Shown here: one piece after another, positions 38,027 to 48,026 of the stretch | Layout of the letters: every line of letters begins with the position of its first letter | Position numbering within the stretch: the stretch's first letter is position 1 | NCBI GenBank assembly: GCA_039178155.1 | Contig: JBCDFI010000001.1 | Span: 39,267 to 103,266 of the forward strand | From: Cyanobacteria bacterium P01_H01_bin.105 | GTDB taxonomy: Bacteria; Cyanobacteriota; Cyanobacteriia; Phormidesmidales; Phormidesmidaceae | Direction: 5' to 3' | Length of the DNA: 64,000 nt | Program-made: the position numbers and the translations under genes | The notes under the pieces: generated by a model | What the model was told of the DNA's origin: nothing | What the model saw: only the letters and a program-made list of their open reading frames with translations | The model's database searches: none

Positions 38027-39730
38027 TTAATTGTCTTTATCAACACTCTTAGAATCTTGAGAAAGTAGAATACCTTGCACTTTCGAAAGAAGTTCAATCC
38101 AGCCCCTACCTGGAAATGTAAATCCCAAAAACGCTAAAAAGACACTTAAAGAGCTTCCGAAAGCTTTTATAGAAAAGGGACGATGTTCAATCTCAAAAAA
38201 GAAATTCTTACCAAGATATATTATCTTACTTTCTAGTTTCTCCTTGCCGCCTAGTGACAAAACGTGAAAATTCAGCGTCTGGCTATACGTAGAACCTGGT
38301 TCTAGAGCAGATAAGTGCAGTGTGTTCGTCCCATCTTTTGAATACTTTATTTGTTCAGAATTAAAAGTGATTTTTAAGGAATCGATTTTAGACTGACTCG
38401 TATTTGTCACAAATATCTTAATTGATCCTTCTTCATTATCCTCCAATATCTTCGGATGGTCGATTTCTAGGGTGATATGGTCTGGGATAGAGAATCTCTT
38501 CTGAAAATTACCAGGATGTACATAGTGGTGAAGTAAGAATGCGCCTGTCAAAAAAATGGGCATAAGACTCCATTTTAATAACGAGGTCAATCTTTTCTCA
38601 TATGTTTGCTCTTGAATCGGATTTGTATAGGTATCGCGACCACAGAGTTCTATAAAGCTACCGCAAATCTTATATTTTTTCTCAAGTACAGAAATAGTTC
38701 CAAAATCTACAAGGTTATAGAGCTTTGCTCTAATAAGAGACTGATCAATTTTCAACTTTCCAGTTAACCATTCCTCACTAACATCTTGATAATGTGAAAG
38801 GGTAGATAATAATAATTTTGATGTTTTGTCTAAAGCTTGCTCTTCGAAAATATTTTGCTTGACTTTCTGACGAAGAGATCGATTATCTAACAAGTCGTAT
38901 TGTGTTGTCTCTTTACCCGACTTATATAGAATTTCACCAATATATTGAGCGTATAAAGGCTTGCAACCACTCATTTTCACAACAAAGTCTTTTTGTTCTT
39001 TCCTAGTTAGAGGTTGAAGCAGAAACCTTCTCATATCTCGCTCATCAATACTTGTTAGAAAGTATGGCTCAAGATGGTTAAAGAGTGACCCGTGCTCGTA
39101 TACGTGTTCTCTCCAAGTATATGAGCCTGTGTGGATAAAAATTATCTCGGTATATTCAGTCGTCTTACAAAATTCTTCTGCGATAGCTACACCCTTCCGA
39201 AATTTACTGAGGGTTTCCATCTCATCCATTAATACAACGAGCTTCTCTTTCTTCTTGATGAGATAACTTTGCAATTGTTCCAGGAGACTTCTTAACCCAT
39301 TAATAGTATTATCCTTAGTCAAAGGTGAAACTAAAGATTTTTCAGAGATATCAATGGGTATTTCTGCCAACTCATTCACTATACTTTCAAATAATTCTAC
39401 CTCAGTTCGTTTCCCATGAAGCGATACAAGGATGGCGTTGTAGCTCAACAAAGAAACTCTCCAAATAGATATTGTTTGAAGTAAATTTTGATCAACCAAT
39501 CTCAATTGTGACAATTGGGAAGAAATTATTTTTCCGTCATCAGTAATTTTATTGTTGATGATTTCCTTCATCATTTGGAGCGTCAAAGTTTTTCCACTAC
39601 GACGCTCTCCGTATAATGCTACACAATTGCCAGAAGTAATTTCTTTAAGCAGAGTATCTATATCCTGAGAACGACCTGTAAATAAGAATTTTGAATATTC
39701 ATTGTTATTAGGAGCAAAAGTCAGAGGCAT
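38027..39730 (-). CDS. STAND/AAA ATPase with TM-Ig-like-TM C-terminus
   Basis: FTGR, GERRSGKT, VLMDEME, SGCKPLY; two TM helices flanking a beta sandwich (LEPG). Confidence 0.8.
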   Translation of the reverse strand: MPLTFAPNNNEYSKFLFTGRSQDIDTLLKEITSGNCVALYGERRSGKTLTLQMMKEIINNKITDDGKIISSQLSQLRLVDQNLLQTISIWRVSLLSYNAILVSLHGKRTEVELFESIVNELAEIPIDISEKSLVSPLTKDNTINGLRSLLEQLQSYLIKKKEKLVVLMDEMETLSKFRKGVAIAEEFCKTTEYTEIIFIHTGSYTWREHVYEHGSLFNHLEPYFLTSIDERDMRRFLLQPLTRKEQKDFVVKMSGCKPLYAQYIGEILYKSGKETTQYDLLDNRSLRQKVKQNIFEEQALDKTSKLLLSTLSHYQDVSEEWLTGKLKIDQSLIRAKLYNLVDFGTISVLEKKYKICGSFIELCGRDTYTNPIQEQTYEKRLTSLLKWSLMPIFLTGAFLLHHYVHPGNFQKRFSIPDHITLEIDHPKILEDNEEGSIKIFVTNTSQSKIDSLKITFNSEQIKYSKDGTNTLHLSALEPGSTYSQTLNFHVLSLGGKEKLESKIIYLGKNFFFEIEHRPFSIKAFGSSLSVFLAFLGFTFPGRGWIELLSKVQGILLSQDSKSVDKDN

Positions 39731-39766
39731 AATATTTCAATTTTCCTTAACCTATATTTAGAGGTA

Positions 39767-42700
39767 CTAAGAATAAAATTTTCCATCTATAATTTCTCGT
39801 ATCCAACTTTCGAACAACTTTGAAGTAAAAACATAGTTACCATTGGATTTAACGATGATTGACTTTGATATTAGTTTTTCTATAACCTCTCTCGATGCAT
39901 CCTGACGAATATTCTTCCTAACCATTTTCTGAAGTAATAAACATTCTTCCTCTGACAATCGATTCCAGTACCCGGCCTTAAACTTTTCTTTGTCAGCTTT
40001 TATAACTTCTTGATAAGCTAACTGAACATGAGAAGTAGATATCTTTTTTGAGTCTTTGCTTTTAGCTCGAATAAAGCTCTTGGCACAAATAAACTGGCAA
40101 TAATATGGATGGCCACCAGCAATTTCGATAATTCTAGTTTGAGCTTCGTTATCGTACTCATAACCATATTTTCTTGCAGGTTCAGTTATGAGCTGATTTG
40201 AGGCTCTTTCTTCTAGGGGATTTAGGAATAAGTGCTCAAAAATGTTATGTAATGGGGAACCACTAGCATCTAACTCCTCAAAAAAGTCATAATAGCATGC
40301 CATCACTACGCGGATGTCTGAAGTGAACTTGCTAAAAGTCTCTCGTAAAACCTCTTGAAAGCCGACATCTATTCTATTCATAAGATGGGCCTCATCCAGT
40401 AATAAAACTAATTTTGCATCGGCAATTTTAGACTTTATGTTTTTCAAGATATTCTCAAACTCTTTGATGAACCTCATACCATACTGGAGTGAGGTGTTCA
40501 CTCCGGCCATTTTAGGAATTCCTTGTTCTTCTAATGCATCTAAAATCTGCATGAGTAGTTTACTTAAAGCCGATTCACTCTTCTTATCCATATCTAGAAG
40601 TGGAATGTAAATCACAATATAAGGAGGTGATAGGTGATTTTTGAGCTGATAAAGTAAGCTGGTTTTTCCAGATCTTTGCTCACCAATCAACAGCGTATGC
40701 GCACCAATTGTTCCAACTACGTTGTTCCATAAAACTTGTATTTCCTGATCTCGCCCAAAGAAGTTTATGGCATCTTTAACTGGAGGGCCATAGAAATATG
40801 GGTTGTCGTAAGCTGAAATTATCTTTAAGGGTTTTTCATATACCTTCTTGTCAAGCTTAATCTGCAATAATATAGTGCCTAATGCTATCGTAAATATCTC
40901 GTAATCCAGAACAATAGATTTCCCTGGCTCTAAACCTATTGTTCTTGCTTCGTTTTTCCTGATTTCATAGCTAGCAGTGTTTTCAATTGAGAACAAAAAA
41001 TTCAGTTTGTTTTTACCCGAGTTACGAGCTTCTAACAGCAGTGTTCCTTTTTCCCCTTTGAAGAAGCCACTTGTTCCTACTAACTCAATACTGATATGCT
41101 TAGTTAACTCCAAATTTTTTGCTTTAACTACTCTTTCTTCTAGCCCTTCTGCAATGATATTTTCTAGTTTCTGACGTACTGCTGGATCAACACTCCGAGC
41201 TTCCTGTAGACAATCCAGTGCCAACGACAAAGATTCTGTTGTTGAAGCCTGAATAGCAGCACGTATAATGCGGGAAGCATCACTTTGAGCTGCGTATAAG
41301 CGAATTGTTTCAGACCACCAAGAGGTGTCTTCGCGGTCTGCGAAGACATTTAGCAGAGATTCCTTAGAAGTCTCTGCAATCTCTGCTGCAGCTAAGTATT
41401 CTTGAAAACCCAAATGGGCAAACTGATAAACCCCTTCTTCTCTGATACTCAATATGCCACTTACTTTTCTCATTTGCTCCAAAAAGCCTTCTGAGGTTGG
41501 TGGCTTCCTGGTAACTAATGCCAGCCGGGATTGTAGCAGTTTATCCACATTCGATGAGAGTGTAAATGAACGAGTTTTCGCCTGCATCAGACCTAGAGCA
41601 AGCAATTGTAGGACAGATTGTTTTTGAGTGCCTGTGAGAACATCTTGGAGGCCTTTAGCTCGCTGTCGCGTATCCAGTAAGATATGGCAAATTTCCTTGT
41701 AGAGGTCACCCCGTCTACCGGGCAGAGGGCTACCTCGTCGATGTACTACCGCAATCATAGTTAGCAAAAGAGGATTAACTGCCATAGCAGTAAGAGGTAC
41801 AGAGTCTTGAATACGTCTTACCAGGTCATCGGCTTGCTGTTTGGCCTCTTCCTGTACACCTGAATCATCATTATAATGACTTGTAATTTCAGTTTCCAGA
41901 TACCAGTTATGGATAAATTGTGTTACTTGCTTGAGCGAAAATGGCTGCACTTCCAACACAGTCATATCCTGTCGCAGTTGGGCATCTTTATAGCCCAAGG
42001 GGCGTGATGTTAATATGAACGCTGTTTCTGGATATGCCTTCATTTGAAAATCAATCCATTGGCTGACTGCTTGCCGGTAAGATTCAGAGATTTCATCTAA
42101 ACCATCCAATAGAATGAGACATCTTTTCCGGTTTAATTGCTTGGCAAACCAATCAGGAGGTGGTTTCAGTGAATCAATCGATTGCAAACGTTGCACCCAA
42201 ATATTGAGAAAATCAACCAGAGATAATTGGGGGGTTGTAACAATAATTTCCACCACATCTCGCAAATAAATCAAAACTGGGACAAATCTCGGCATCTTGG
42301 GATGCAGGAATTTGCGTTCTTGGCGACTGGTATAAATGAGGGTCAGATGACGTAATAACGTTGTTTTCCCAGATCCAGGTGCGCCTAAAATTGCTAATCT
42401 TCGAAATGCAGGATCACTCCTCATCCTTATCAAAAACTGGCCAATGTCTTGACGCTTTGATAGATCTGTTGATGAATTTTGAATCAAATTTTGGGAAATC
42501 TTGTTTAGATTTTGGGTCGAAATCTTAAGAGGGATGAACACCTGGTGTAGCTTCAGGACTTGGTCTTTGTTTAACCCTTGAGTTTCATAGTCACGACATA
42601 TATAGGTAAGTCGCTGATAATATTTGTCCTCAAAATCTGATGTTAGGTACTGCCAGCTATGGGCGACTCCTCTGGCAGTGTGAGCGCTAACCATATCGCT

Positions 42701-42937
42701 AACCATAAAAAGCCATTTAGCGAGGCCTCCACCTCGTTTTTCTGCTTCTTTTTCTGCTTCCTCCATGAATTTTCCACTAAAACTAGCCCAGAACAACGAG
42801 CTAGCGGCAACGAATGATGCTACAAACGCTTGCGTCCACTCCTGAGTTAAAACTGAATGGAGCATTACACCAATAGCAGCTCCAGATGGAGTCCACTTAA
42901 CAATATTGATAAGAGAACTACGAATAAACTTTTCCAT
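39767..42937 (-). CDS. NACHT + Ig-like + second STAND ATPase protein
   Basis: N-terminal TMs; GAPGSGKT, LLDGLDEI, NPLLL, FAHLGFQEYL; then NPY..G, FFGR, GEQRSGKT, LLLDEA, GGHPY. Confidence 0.88.
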   Translation of the reverse strand: MEKFIRSSLINIVKWTPSGAAIGVMLHSVLTQEWTQAFVASFVAASSLFWASFSGKFMEEAEKEAEKRGGGLAKWLFMVSDMVSAHTARGVAHSWQYLTSDFEDKYYQRLTYICRDYETQGLNKDQVLKLHQVFIPLKISTQNLNKISQNLIQNSSTDLSKRQDIGQFLIRMRSDPAFRRLAILGAPGSGKTTLLRHLTLIYTSRQERKFLHPKMPRFVPVLIYLRDVVEIIVTTPQLSLVDFLNIWVQRLQSIDSLKPPPDWFAKQLNRKRCLILLDGLDEISESYRQAVSQWIDFQMKAYPETAFILTSRPLGYKDAQLRQDMTVLEVQPFSLKQVTQFIHNWYLETEITSHYNDDSGVQEEAKQQADDLVRRIQDSVPLTAMAVNPLLLTMIAVVHRRGSPLPGRRGDLYKEICHILLDTRQRAKGLQDVLTGTQKQSVLQLLALGLMQAKTRSFTLSSNVDKLLQSRLALVTRKPPTSEGFLEQMRKVSGILSIREEGVYQFAHLGFQEYLAAAEIAETSKESLLNVFADREDTSWWSETIRLYAAQSDASRIIRAAIQASTTESLSLALDCLQEARSVDPAVRQKLENIIAEGLEERVVKAKNLELTKHISIELVGTSGFFKGEKGTLLLEARNSGKNKLNFLFSIENTASYEIRKNEARTIGLEPGKSIVLDYEIFTIALGTILLQIKLDKKVYEKPLKIISAYDNPYFYGPPVKDAINFFGRDQEIQVLWNNVVGTIGAHTLLIGEQRSGKTSLLYQLKNHLSPPYIVIYIPLLDMDKKSESALSKLLMQILDALEEQGIPKMAGVNTSLQYGMRFIKEFENILKNIKSKIADAKLVLLLDEAHLMNRIDVGFQEVLRETFSKFTSDIRVVMACYYDFFEELDASGSPLHNIFEHLFLNPLEERASNQLITEPARKYGYEYDNEAQTRIIEIAGGHPYYCQFICAKSFIRAKSKDSKKISTSHVQLAYQEVIKADKEKFKAGYWNRLSEEECLLLQKMVRKNIRQDASREVIEKLISKSIIVKSNGNYVFTSKLFESWIREIIDGKFYS

Positions 42938-43482
42938 AGCTAGATAAAGGATTCCTTCAATCAGCAGAAGCAAAAGGACACACACTACTCTAGAGTTTAC
43001 CTAGCTTTATAGCTACTAAAGCCTCAAGGTCTAGTTAAATTAAGCTTTGCTCAACATTAGTACTGGCTAGGACATAAAGATCGCATCCAATGTATAGATA
43101 GCAAAACATGTTCCGTATGTTTGAACGAGCTGAGTTTTGATAATAGTTACCACTCTAATTCTTTTACTAAAGAAAATCTGACTAATTTACTTTAATGCTG
43201 TGGACTTCTCAAAGCTTTAGGAAACAGCATTAATATGAATTTTCTAGATCTTTGAATTTTTTCTTAATTTTCAGAAGCTAAAAGTCTTTTTTCTTAGCTG
43301 AATATCATATTCAAACCCCACAACGTTATTTTAATCAATAATCTGCAAGAATTTTAGTAAAACACAACACTTGAGTAGTTTGCTCAGAACAATAGCTAGC
43401 CGATTTTGCTTTGTCATAGGTTCTGTTGCGTCTGTAATTGCTGCCTAACTGTCTGATTCATCAGAGATAAATAGAGGTGTCC

Positions 43483-43663
43483 TTTAAGGATTGAAAAGCA
43501 AACGCAAATTTATACTTGAAGTAAGATTCATATCCCTAAATTTTAGAGGGTCCAAAAAAAAAATAGTGGGTGTTACTTTGAGGATAAAAAGTAGGCAACA
43601 TCTTGGGGAGCAATTATACTGACGTTGCTAAGTACGTCTAGTATCCTTTGAACAGAGGGGGTA
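43483..43663 (+). repeat. Intergenic repeat family A copy
   Basis: TTTAAGGATTGAAA...TACTTGAAG...AATTTTAGA...CTAGTATCCTTTGAACAGAGGGGGTA. Confidence 0.8.
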
Positions 43664-43678
43664 GAGTATTATATGCAA

Positions 43679-44419
43679 TCATGCCAGCCTTGCTTTCAAA
43701 TAAGTCTTAATCCCACTCCATGTGACAAAAGCCAATGCATTTTTTCGTGTGATTTTGTTAATAGCTGAGATGCCTTCACCAGCCCTAAGCGACAGAGTTT
43801 CGCCTACCAAAATGATTTGTCGTGAGTAGAGGGTATAGTATTTAGTTGCTTGACACACATCGTCACCAGTGACTTTACCTCGCTTCAATTCCAAGAAGCA
43901 TTCGCCAGGAATCCAGACATCCGTGCGTTTACCTCTGGAGGCTACCTGCTGTTCAGCTATAATACCTTGCTGATCTAGCCAATAGAGAAGTTCTGCCTCT
44001 AGGTCGCGCTCTAGTTTTTTAGACTCGGAGTTGTGTTTTGAAGTGACAGGTAGGCGAAGCTGGTTTTGAAGACTTATGACCTCAGATGCCAAAACTACAT
44101 CACCTCGAATATATCGGGTAACGAGTTGCGCTGCTTCCTCACGATATTTTCTACCCATCGTGCCAGGAAGAAGCCCAAGAATATAGAGCCAACCTTTAAG
44201 ATCAGTAACAGGTGTTTCCTGTTGCCCTCGACCGGGGAATTTGAAGCTGTCGATTTTTTCGAAAACTTCTGGATACACTGATGTCAGGCGCTTCCAGACG
44301 CTACGAGGACTTCCTTTTCCAGCTGCTCCAATCAAATCATAAATACTACAACGTCCATCTTCAGTACGTCGAATCTTCGCGTTAAGCTCAGGGATGACCA
44401 TGAAGAGAGAGTTAGTCAT
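43679..44419 (-). CDS. Bro-N-like DNA-binding domain fused to a PD-(D/E)xK nuclease
   Basis: IRRTEDGR.SIYDLI...FPGRGQQETPV; ERDLE...EQQV...RTDVW...LELK...Q...Y. Confidence 0.7.
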   Translation of the reverse strand: MTNSLFMVIPELNAKIRRTEDGRCSIYDLIGAAGKGSPRSVWKRLTSVYPEVFEKIDSFKFPGRGQQETPVTDLKGWLYILGLLPGTMGRKYREEAAQLVTRYIRGDVVLASEVISLQNQLRLPVTSKHNSESKKLERDLEAELLYWLDQQGIIAEQQVASRGKRTDVWIPGECFLELKRGKVTGDDVCQATKYYTLYSRQIILVGETLSLRAGEGISAINKITRKNALAFVTWSGIKTYLKARLA

Positions 44420-44545
44420 TTTGATGCTTTCCTTTATTTTGGTTGGTTGTTATTTAATTCTGTTGCTCATTCGACGGCAAGTGGCAGAGGCAACATTAGA
44501 ACCCTGGCAATTTCTCTATCCATAGCTTTGATTACAGCCTCAACA

Positions 44546-45799
44546 TCACCGAGTCAGCAGCTCAAACAGCCCTGAAATTAAACGAGCAACGGTTTCGGTT
44601 CCTTGATATTTAGGTCGAGGGCATCTCTCTACTTCGCTCTCCTTGATGTACCCTTCCCGCTTAGCTTTAATCAAGATTGCACCCAGCTTTGATAACAGGG
44701 TCTGATCGTTGTTGATATCACCAGAAAGAAGCGCAGCAGTATCTAATAGCTCTTTAAGCGTGTACCAGCTAGTGGGAACTAATTCAACTAGTGGAACAAA
44801 GGCGTTGTTGCTGTTGTAGACGACCTCAATCACTTGCTCGAACAGAGTTGGGGGTTGTTTTTCCCTGTTTTCCCAACCCTTGATGGCCTCTATAATAATG
44901 GCTTGATCGTGAGAGCTATAAACAAAGCACCCATTACCACCGCGCTCCGGTGACTGGTGATGAATTAATCGATAAGCGTTAGAAATCGCACTCGAAAGAC
45001 CCCCAGAAATCTTCCCACTCTCCACCAAACCAGGGCGTAGCTCTTCTACCCAATGCTTAGCAGGCCGCGTATTATTTAACACAGAAGGCAGACTGCCTGC
45101 TCGATTAACCGCTTCGTTCATGAGGCCAGTCAGGCCTGGCATCGAAGTATTGGCTGACTTGATGATGCACTTTAGTGGCACCAAGTGCTGTTTGAGCTGA
45201 TGAATGTGCTCAGTCTGAACACGAATAGCCTGGTTCTTTTGATCCACTTCAGCAGTTAAGCGCTCGTTAGTTTCCTTTATCTCACTTAGTTGAGTGTCGA
45301 TGTAGGAAACCATATCAGCACGCATTGAATCCAGCTGAGTGTTTGTTTGATATAGACTACTCGTGCTTAATTGGGTTTTGCCTGTAGCCATGCGCGTCAT
45401 CCGCTCACGTGTCCAACGGCTAACTTGTAGTGCGAATTCTGGATTACATTTCTGAGCAAATTGAATGGCTATGTCGGGGTGTGCCCAGGTGCCACCGCCA
45501 CCACGCTCTCCTTTGACACCACTGGTCATAGTAACCAAAGCAGGGAATTGCTTCCTCAGATCTAAGGAAGCAATCTCAGTGTCAAAAACCTCAATAAGCT
45601 CCTTGGTTGAATGTAAACGAAGCCAATTATCGACTCGTTTACCAGCCGCCTTAGCCATTTGGGTCAAATTGATGTATCCAATGCCGCCAACGTCAACTTG
45701 ACTGATACTTACACCGTTGTACTGATGCACACTCAGCGTAGAAAAATCGAAACTAGCCGTGTTTGTATTTTTTGATTTTCTGTTAGTCGGATCAATCAT
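44546..45799 (-). CDS. KilA-N domain protein (antirepressor-like)
   Basis: GYINLTQMAKAAGKRVDNWLRL...GTWAHPDIAIQFAQ. Confidence 0.88.
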   Translation of the reverse strand: MIDPTNRKSKNTNTASFDFSTLSVHQYNGVSISQVDVGGIGYINLTQMAKAAGKRVDNWLRLHSTKELIEVFDTEIASLDLRKQFPALVTMTSGVKGERGGGGTWAHPDIAIQFAQKCNPEFALQVSRWTRERMTRMATGKTQLSTSSLYQTNTQLDSMRADMVSYIDTQLSEIKETNERLTAEVDQKNQAIRVQTEHIHQLKQHLVPLKCIIKSANTSMPGLTGLMNEAVNRAGSLPSVLNNTRPAKHWVEELRPGLVESGKISGGLSSAISNAYRLIHHQSPERGGNGCFVYSSHDQAIIIEAIKGWENREKQPPTLFEQVIEVVYNSNNAFVPLVELVPTSWYTLKELLDTAALLSGDINNDQTLLSKLGAILIKAKREGYIKESEVERCPRPKYQGTETVARLISGLFELLTR

Positions 45800-46034
45800 T
45801 GCTATCTCCTGGTTCAATGTTCTTCTTTTCTTTGCGCTTAATCCAAGTTTGTTCCGCTTCTTGCAATTCACTAAAAGTGCAATTCAAGATTTCCATTACT
45901 TTTTGCATTTGCGAGGGGTAGAGCCGGGGAAAACTGTACATCTGGTCCCACTTGGCAATCGTGCCCATGGAGACATCTAGTTTTCGAGCAAATTTTTCCT
46001 GACTCAACCCTGCTCGCTCTCGAAGCTTTTTCAT
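45792..46034 (-). CDS. XRE/Cro-like HTH regulator
   Basis: LRERAGLSQEKFARKLDVSMGTIAKWD. Confidence 0.88.
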   Translation of the reverse strand: MKKLRERAGLSQEKFARKLDVSMGTIAKWDQMYSFPRLYPSQMQKVMEILNCTFSELQEAEQTWIKRKEKKNIEPGDSND

Positions 46035-46373
46035 AGCAGGGTTGTTTGATTACGATAGTGACACTATAGCGCATCTATTAAAATTGGAGCATTAAGATCG
46101 CATTAGTGTAGTCCAAGCTTACATAAATGAAACTTATTGATTATAGTATTTATGGGTTATGGAAGGATTGGTGTGTTTACTAAGGCTTACACCTCTCCAT
46201 TTCATCAACTACTCGTACCGATAGGGATAGAGGCATCACGGCCATAGTTCATTGATCCGGGTTTCGACGGGGTTGAGTTTTACTGGTAGCCCCCCTGAAA
46301 CATCTTCTTCTCATTGAATTTCAAGCAGGTCACCGATTGTTTTGAGACCCAAAGAAACTACACAACGACATGC

Positions 46374-46545
46374 TTAAGAATTGAAAGAAAAATATATCGC
46401 TGAAAAATCTAGAAAGCAAAAAATAATTAAACGGTGGGGTAAGCCATCGAGGGGGGCTTACCCTGTCGTTTTTGCGTACACCTAGTGCTCTTTAATCAGA
46501 GGGGGTAGGCGTAGGACTAGGTTGAGATTTTCTTTCAATCCCTAG
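46374..46545 (+). repeat. Intergenic repeat family A copy with terminal inverted repeats and an internal hairpin
   Basis: TAAGAATTGAAAGAAAA ... TTTTCTTTCAATCCCTA ends; GGGTAAGCC/GGCTTACCC stem; CTAGTGCTCTTTAATCAGAGGGGGTA. Confidence 0.8.
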
Positions 46546-46778
46546 CCCTCATTTTTATTTAGTAGTGCATCAACCTCTTCCGAGAGATAAAACATTTCAC
46601 CTAGCTCTACCCGAAAGTGCCGACAAATAATAGCTACTGTTTTATTGTCTAAGCGACTAAATCGATTATGAAACAAGTTTCCGATGATAGTTGGGCTTAA
46701 GCCTGTTTCCCCGGCTACTTGCATTTGTGTCAAACCTTTGGAATCTATGAATTCCTTCAAACGACATTTCACATACAT
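46542..46778 (-). CDS. XRE (HTH_26-like) repressor
   Basis: CRLKEFIDSKGLTQMQVAGETGLSPTII...ICRHF; ATG 46778 with GAGG upstream. Confidence 0.85.
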   Translation of the reverse strand: MYVKCRLKEFIDSKGLTQMQVAGETGLSPTIIGNLFHNRFSRLDNKTVAIICRHFRVELGEMFYLSEEVDALLNKNEG

Positions 46779-46800
46779 TGCCTCAATCCTTACTAGCCTC

Positions 46801-46890
46801 ACTCTAACAAGATACTAGAAACGTGTCAACAGCTATCTAGATAGCAATTATTAACTATCTATTGACAGCTATCTAGGTAGTGGCTATTCT
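46801..46890. promoter_or_regulatory. Divergent promoters with two palindromic operators
   Basis: Plus TTGACA(46862)-17-TATTCT; minus TTGACA(46829)-17-TAGAGT; GCTATCTAGATAGC at 46832-46845 and GCTATCTAGGTAGT at 46868-46881. Confidence 0.75.
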
Positions 46891-46973
46891 TGGGTCATAG
46901 CAAAGCCCGATGTCTCGCCGTGGAAAGTTCGACATCAGGCTCGCTAGCCCTAACCACTACGCAATTAGAGCCA

Positions 46974-47402
46974 ATGCAAACTTTAACACTCCTCCTCAGC
47001 GATCGCACTCCTCCCGCTCCCGCCGCTATCCAACCACACCCCTATAGCTACGCAAACGCTACGCTTCCATCCCTTCCACCGCGTTTCTATATCGAACATC
47101 ACTCTGTATTAGGGCATAAAGCATATTTCACCCCGCTCACCCCTAGCGCTAATGGGGATGATAAACCCGTGGCTTACAGCGACTATCACCCCACAGCCGA
47201 TCTAGCCCTTGCTGCCCATCTACCTAACTATATAGAGGACTTGATTGCCTACGAAGCCTTTCAAACGCTTCTAGCCCTCTCCCAACGCTTCGACGGGCAA
47301 GCGGTGATAGATGCCTTCGAACTGCTGAAGGATCTTAATCCTGATGATGACTACTATCTGGATGCGGCAGCCGGTCGAGTACCCCCGATTTCTGAGCTTT
47401 GA
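46974..47402 (+). CDS. Hypothetical early phage protein
   Basis: First ORF after the rightward promoter. Confidence 0.55.
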   Translation: MQTLTLLLSDRTPPAPAAIQPHPYSYANATLPSLPPRFYIEHHSVLGHKAYFTPLTPSANGDDKPVAYSDYHPTADLALAAHLPNYIEDLIAYEAFQTLLALSQRFDGQAVIDAFELLKDLNPDDDYYLDAAAGRVPPISEL

Positions 47403-47471
47403 TCTCCTCGCCTCACCTATTCGCTTCACCTATTCGCCTCATTCCTTAGCCCTTTATTTCGCTTCAATATT

Positions 47472-47774
47472 ATGGCTTCCTCTACACCTGCTAACCCTAC
47501 TCCCACATCATCCCCTTCTCCTGACCCTACACCCACGTCTCCCTCCCTCACCATCCCAATCACCCTAGAAGAACCGGAGATCCAGCTTCAGCTCATCCTT
47601 ATGACCCTGGTCCACACCTATGGCCTCACTATGGTGCTCGAAGCCCTCAACGATGGGATGTTTAAGTACTTTGAAGGTATCCGAGAAGATAACAGCGAAG
47701 TCCTAACGCCGATTCTTGAAGCCCTCGGCACCGCTCACACGGTCTCAAAGTACGTCTGGCATAAGAACAGCTAG
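47472..47774 (+). CDS. Hypothetical protein
   Basis: 100-aa ORF with a P/S/T-rich N-terminus. Confidence 0.55.
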   Translation: MASSTPANPTPTSSPSPDPTPTSPSLTIPITLEEPEIQLQLILMTLVHTYGLTMVLEALNDGMFKYFEGIREDNSEVLTPILEALGTAHTVSKYVWHKNS

Positions 47775-48026
47775 CCAGGGGTACTTGTAAGCTTGATTTA
47801 CATATAAGCACGTGAGCATATAAGTGAGTTAAGTAACTTTACCCGCTCTTCACTCATCAGGGTTGCGATTGACGAATCAAGCGAGTACGATAATAGATGT
47901 AAGCTAAGATTACATTAAGACTTACTTTACTTCAACCGAAATCAAGCCTGCCCTGGGGAATCTGCCACCCTCAATTCGCTTCACCTCCCCATTTCTCGCC
48001 CTTTCCCCCCTCTCTCTTCACCTATC

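Noticed and set aside
24337-46545. CRISPR array suggested by the GGATTGAAA motifs
   Set aside because: Copies are kilobases apart, share no full-length repeat and have no regular spacers; no cas genes are present.
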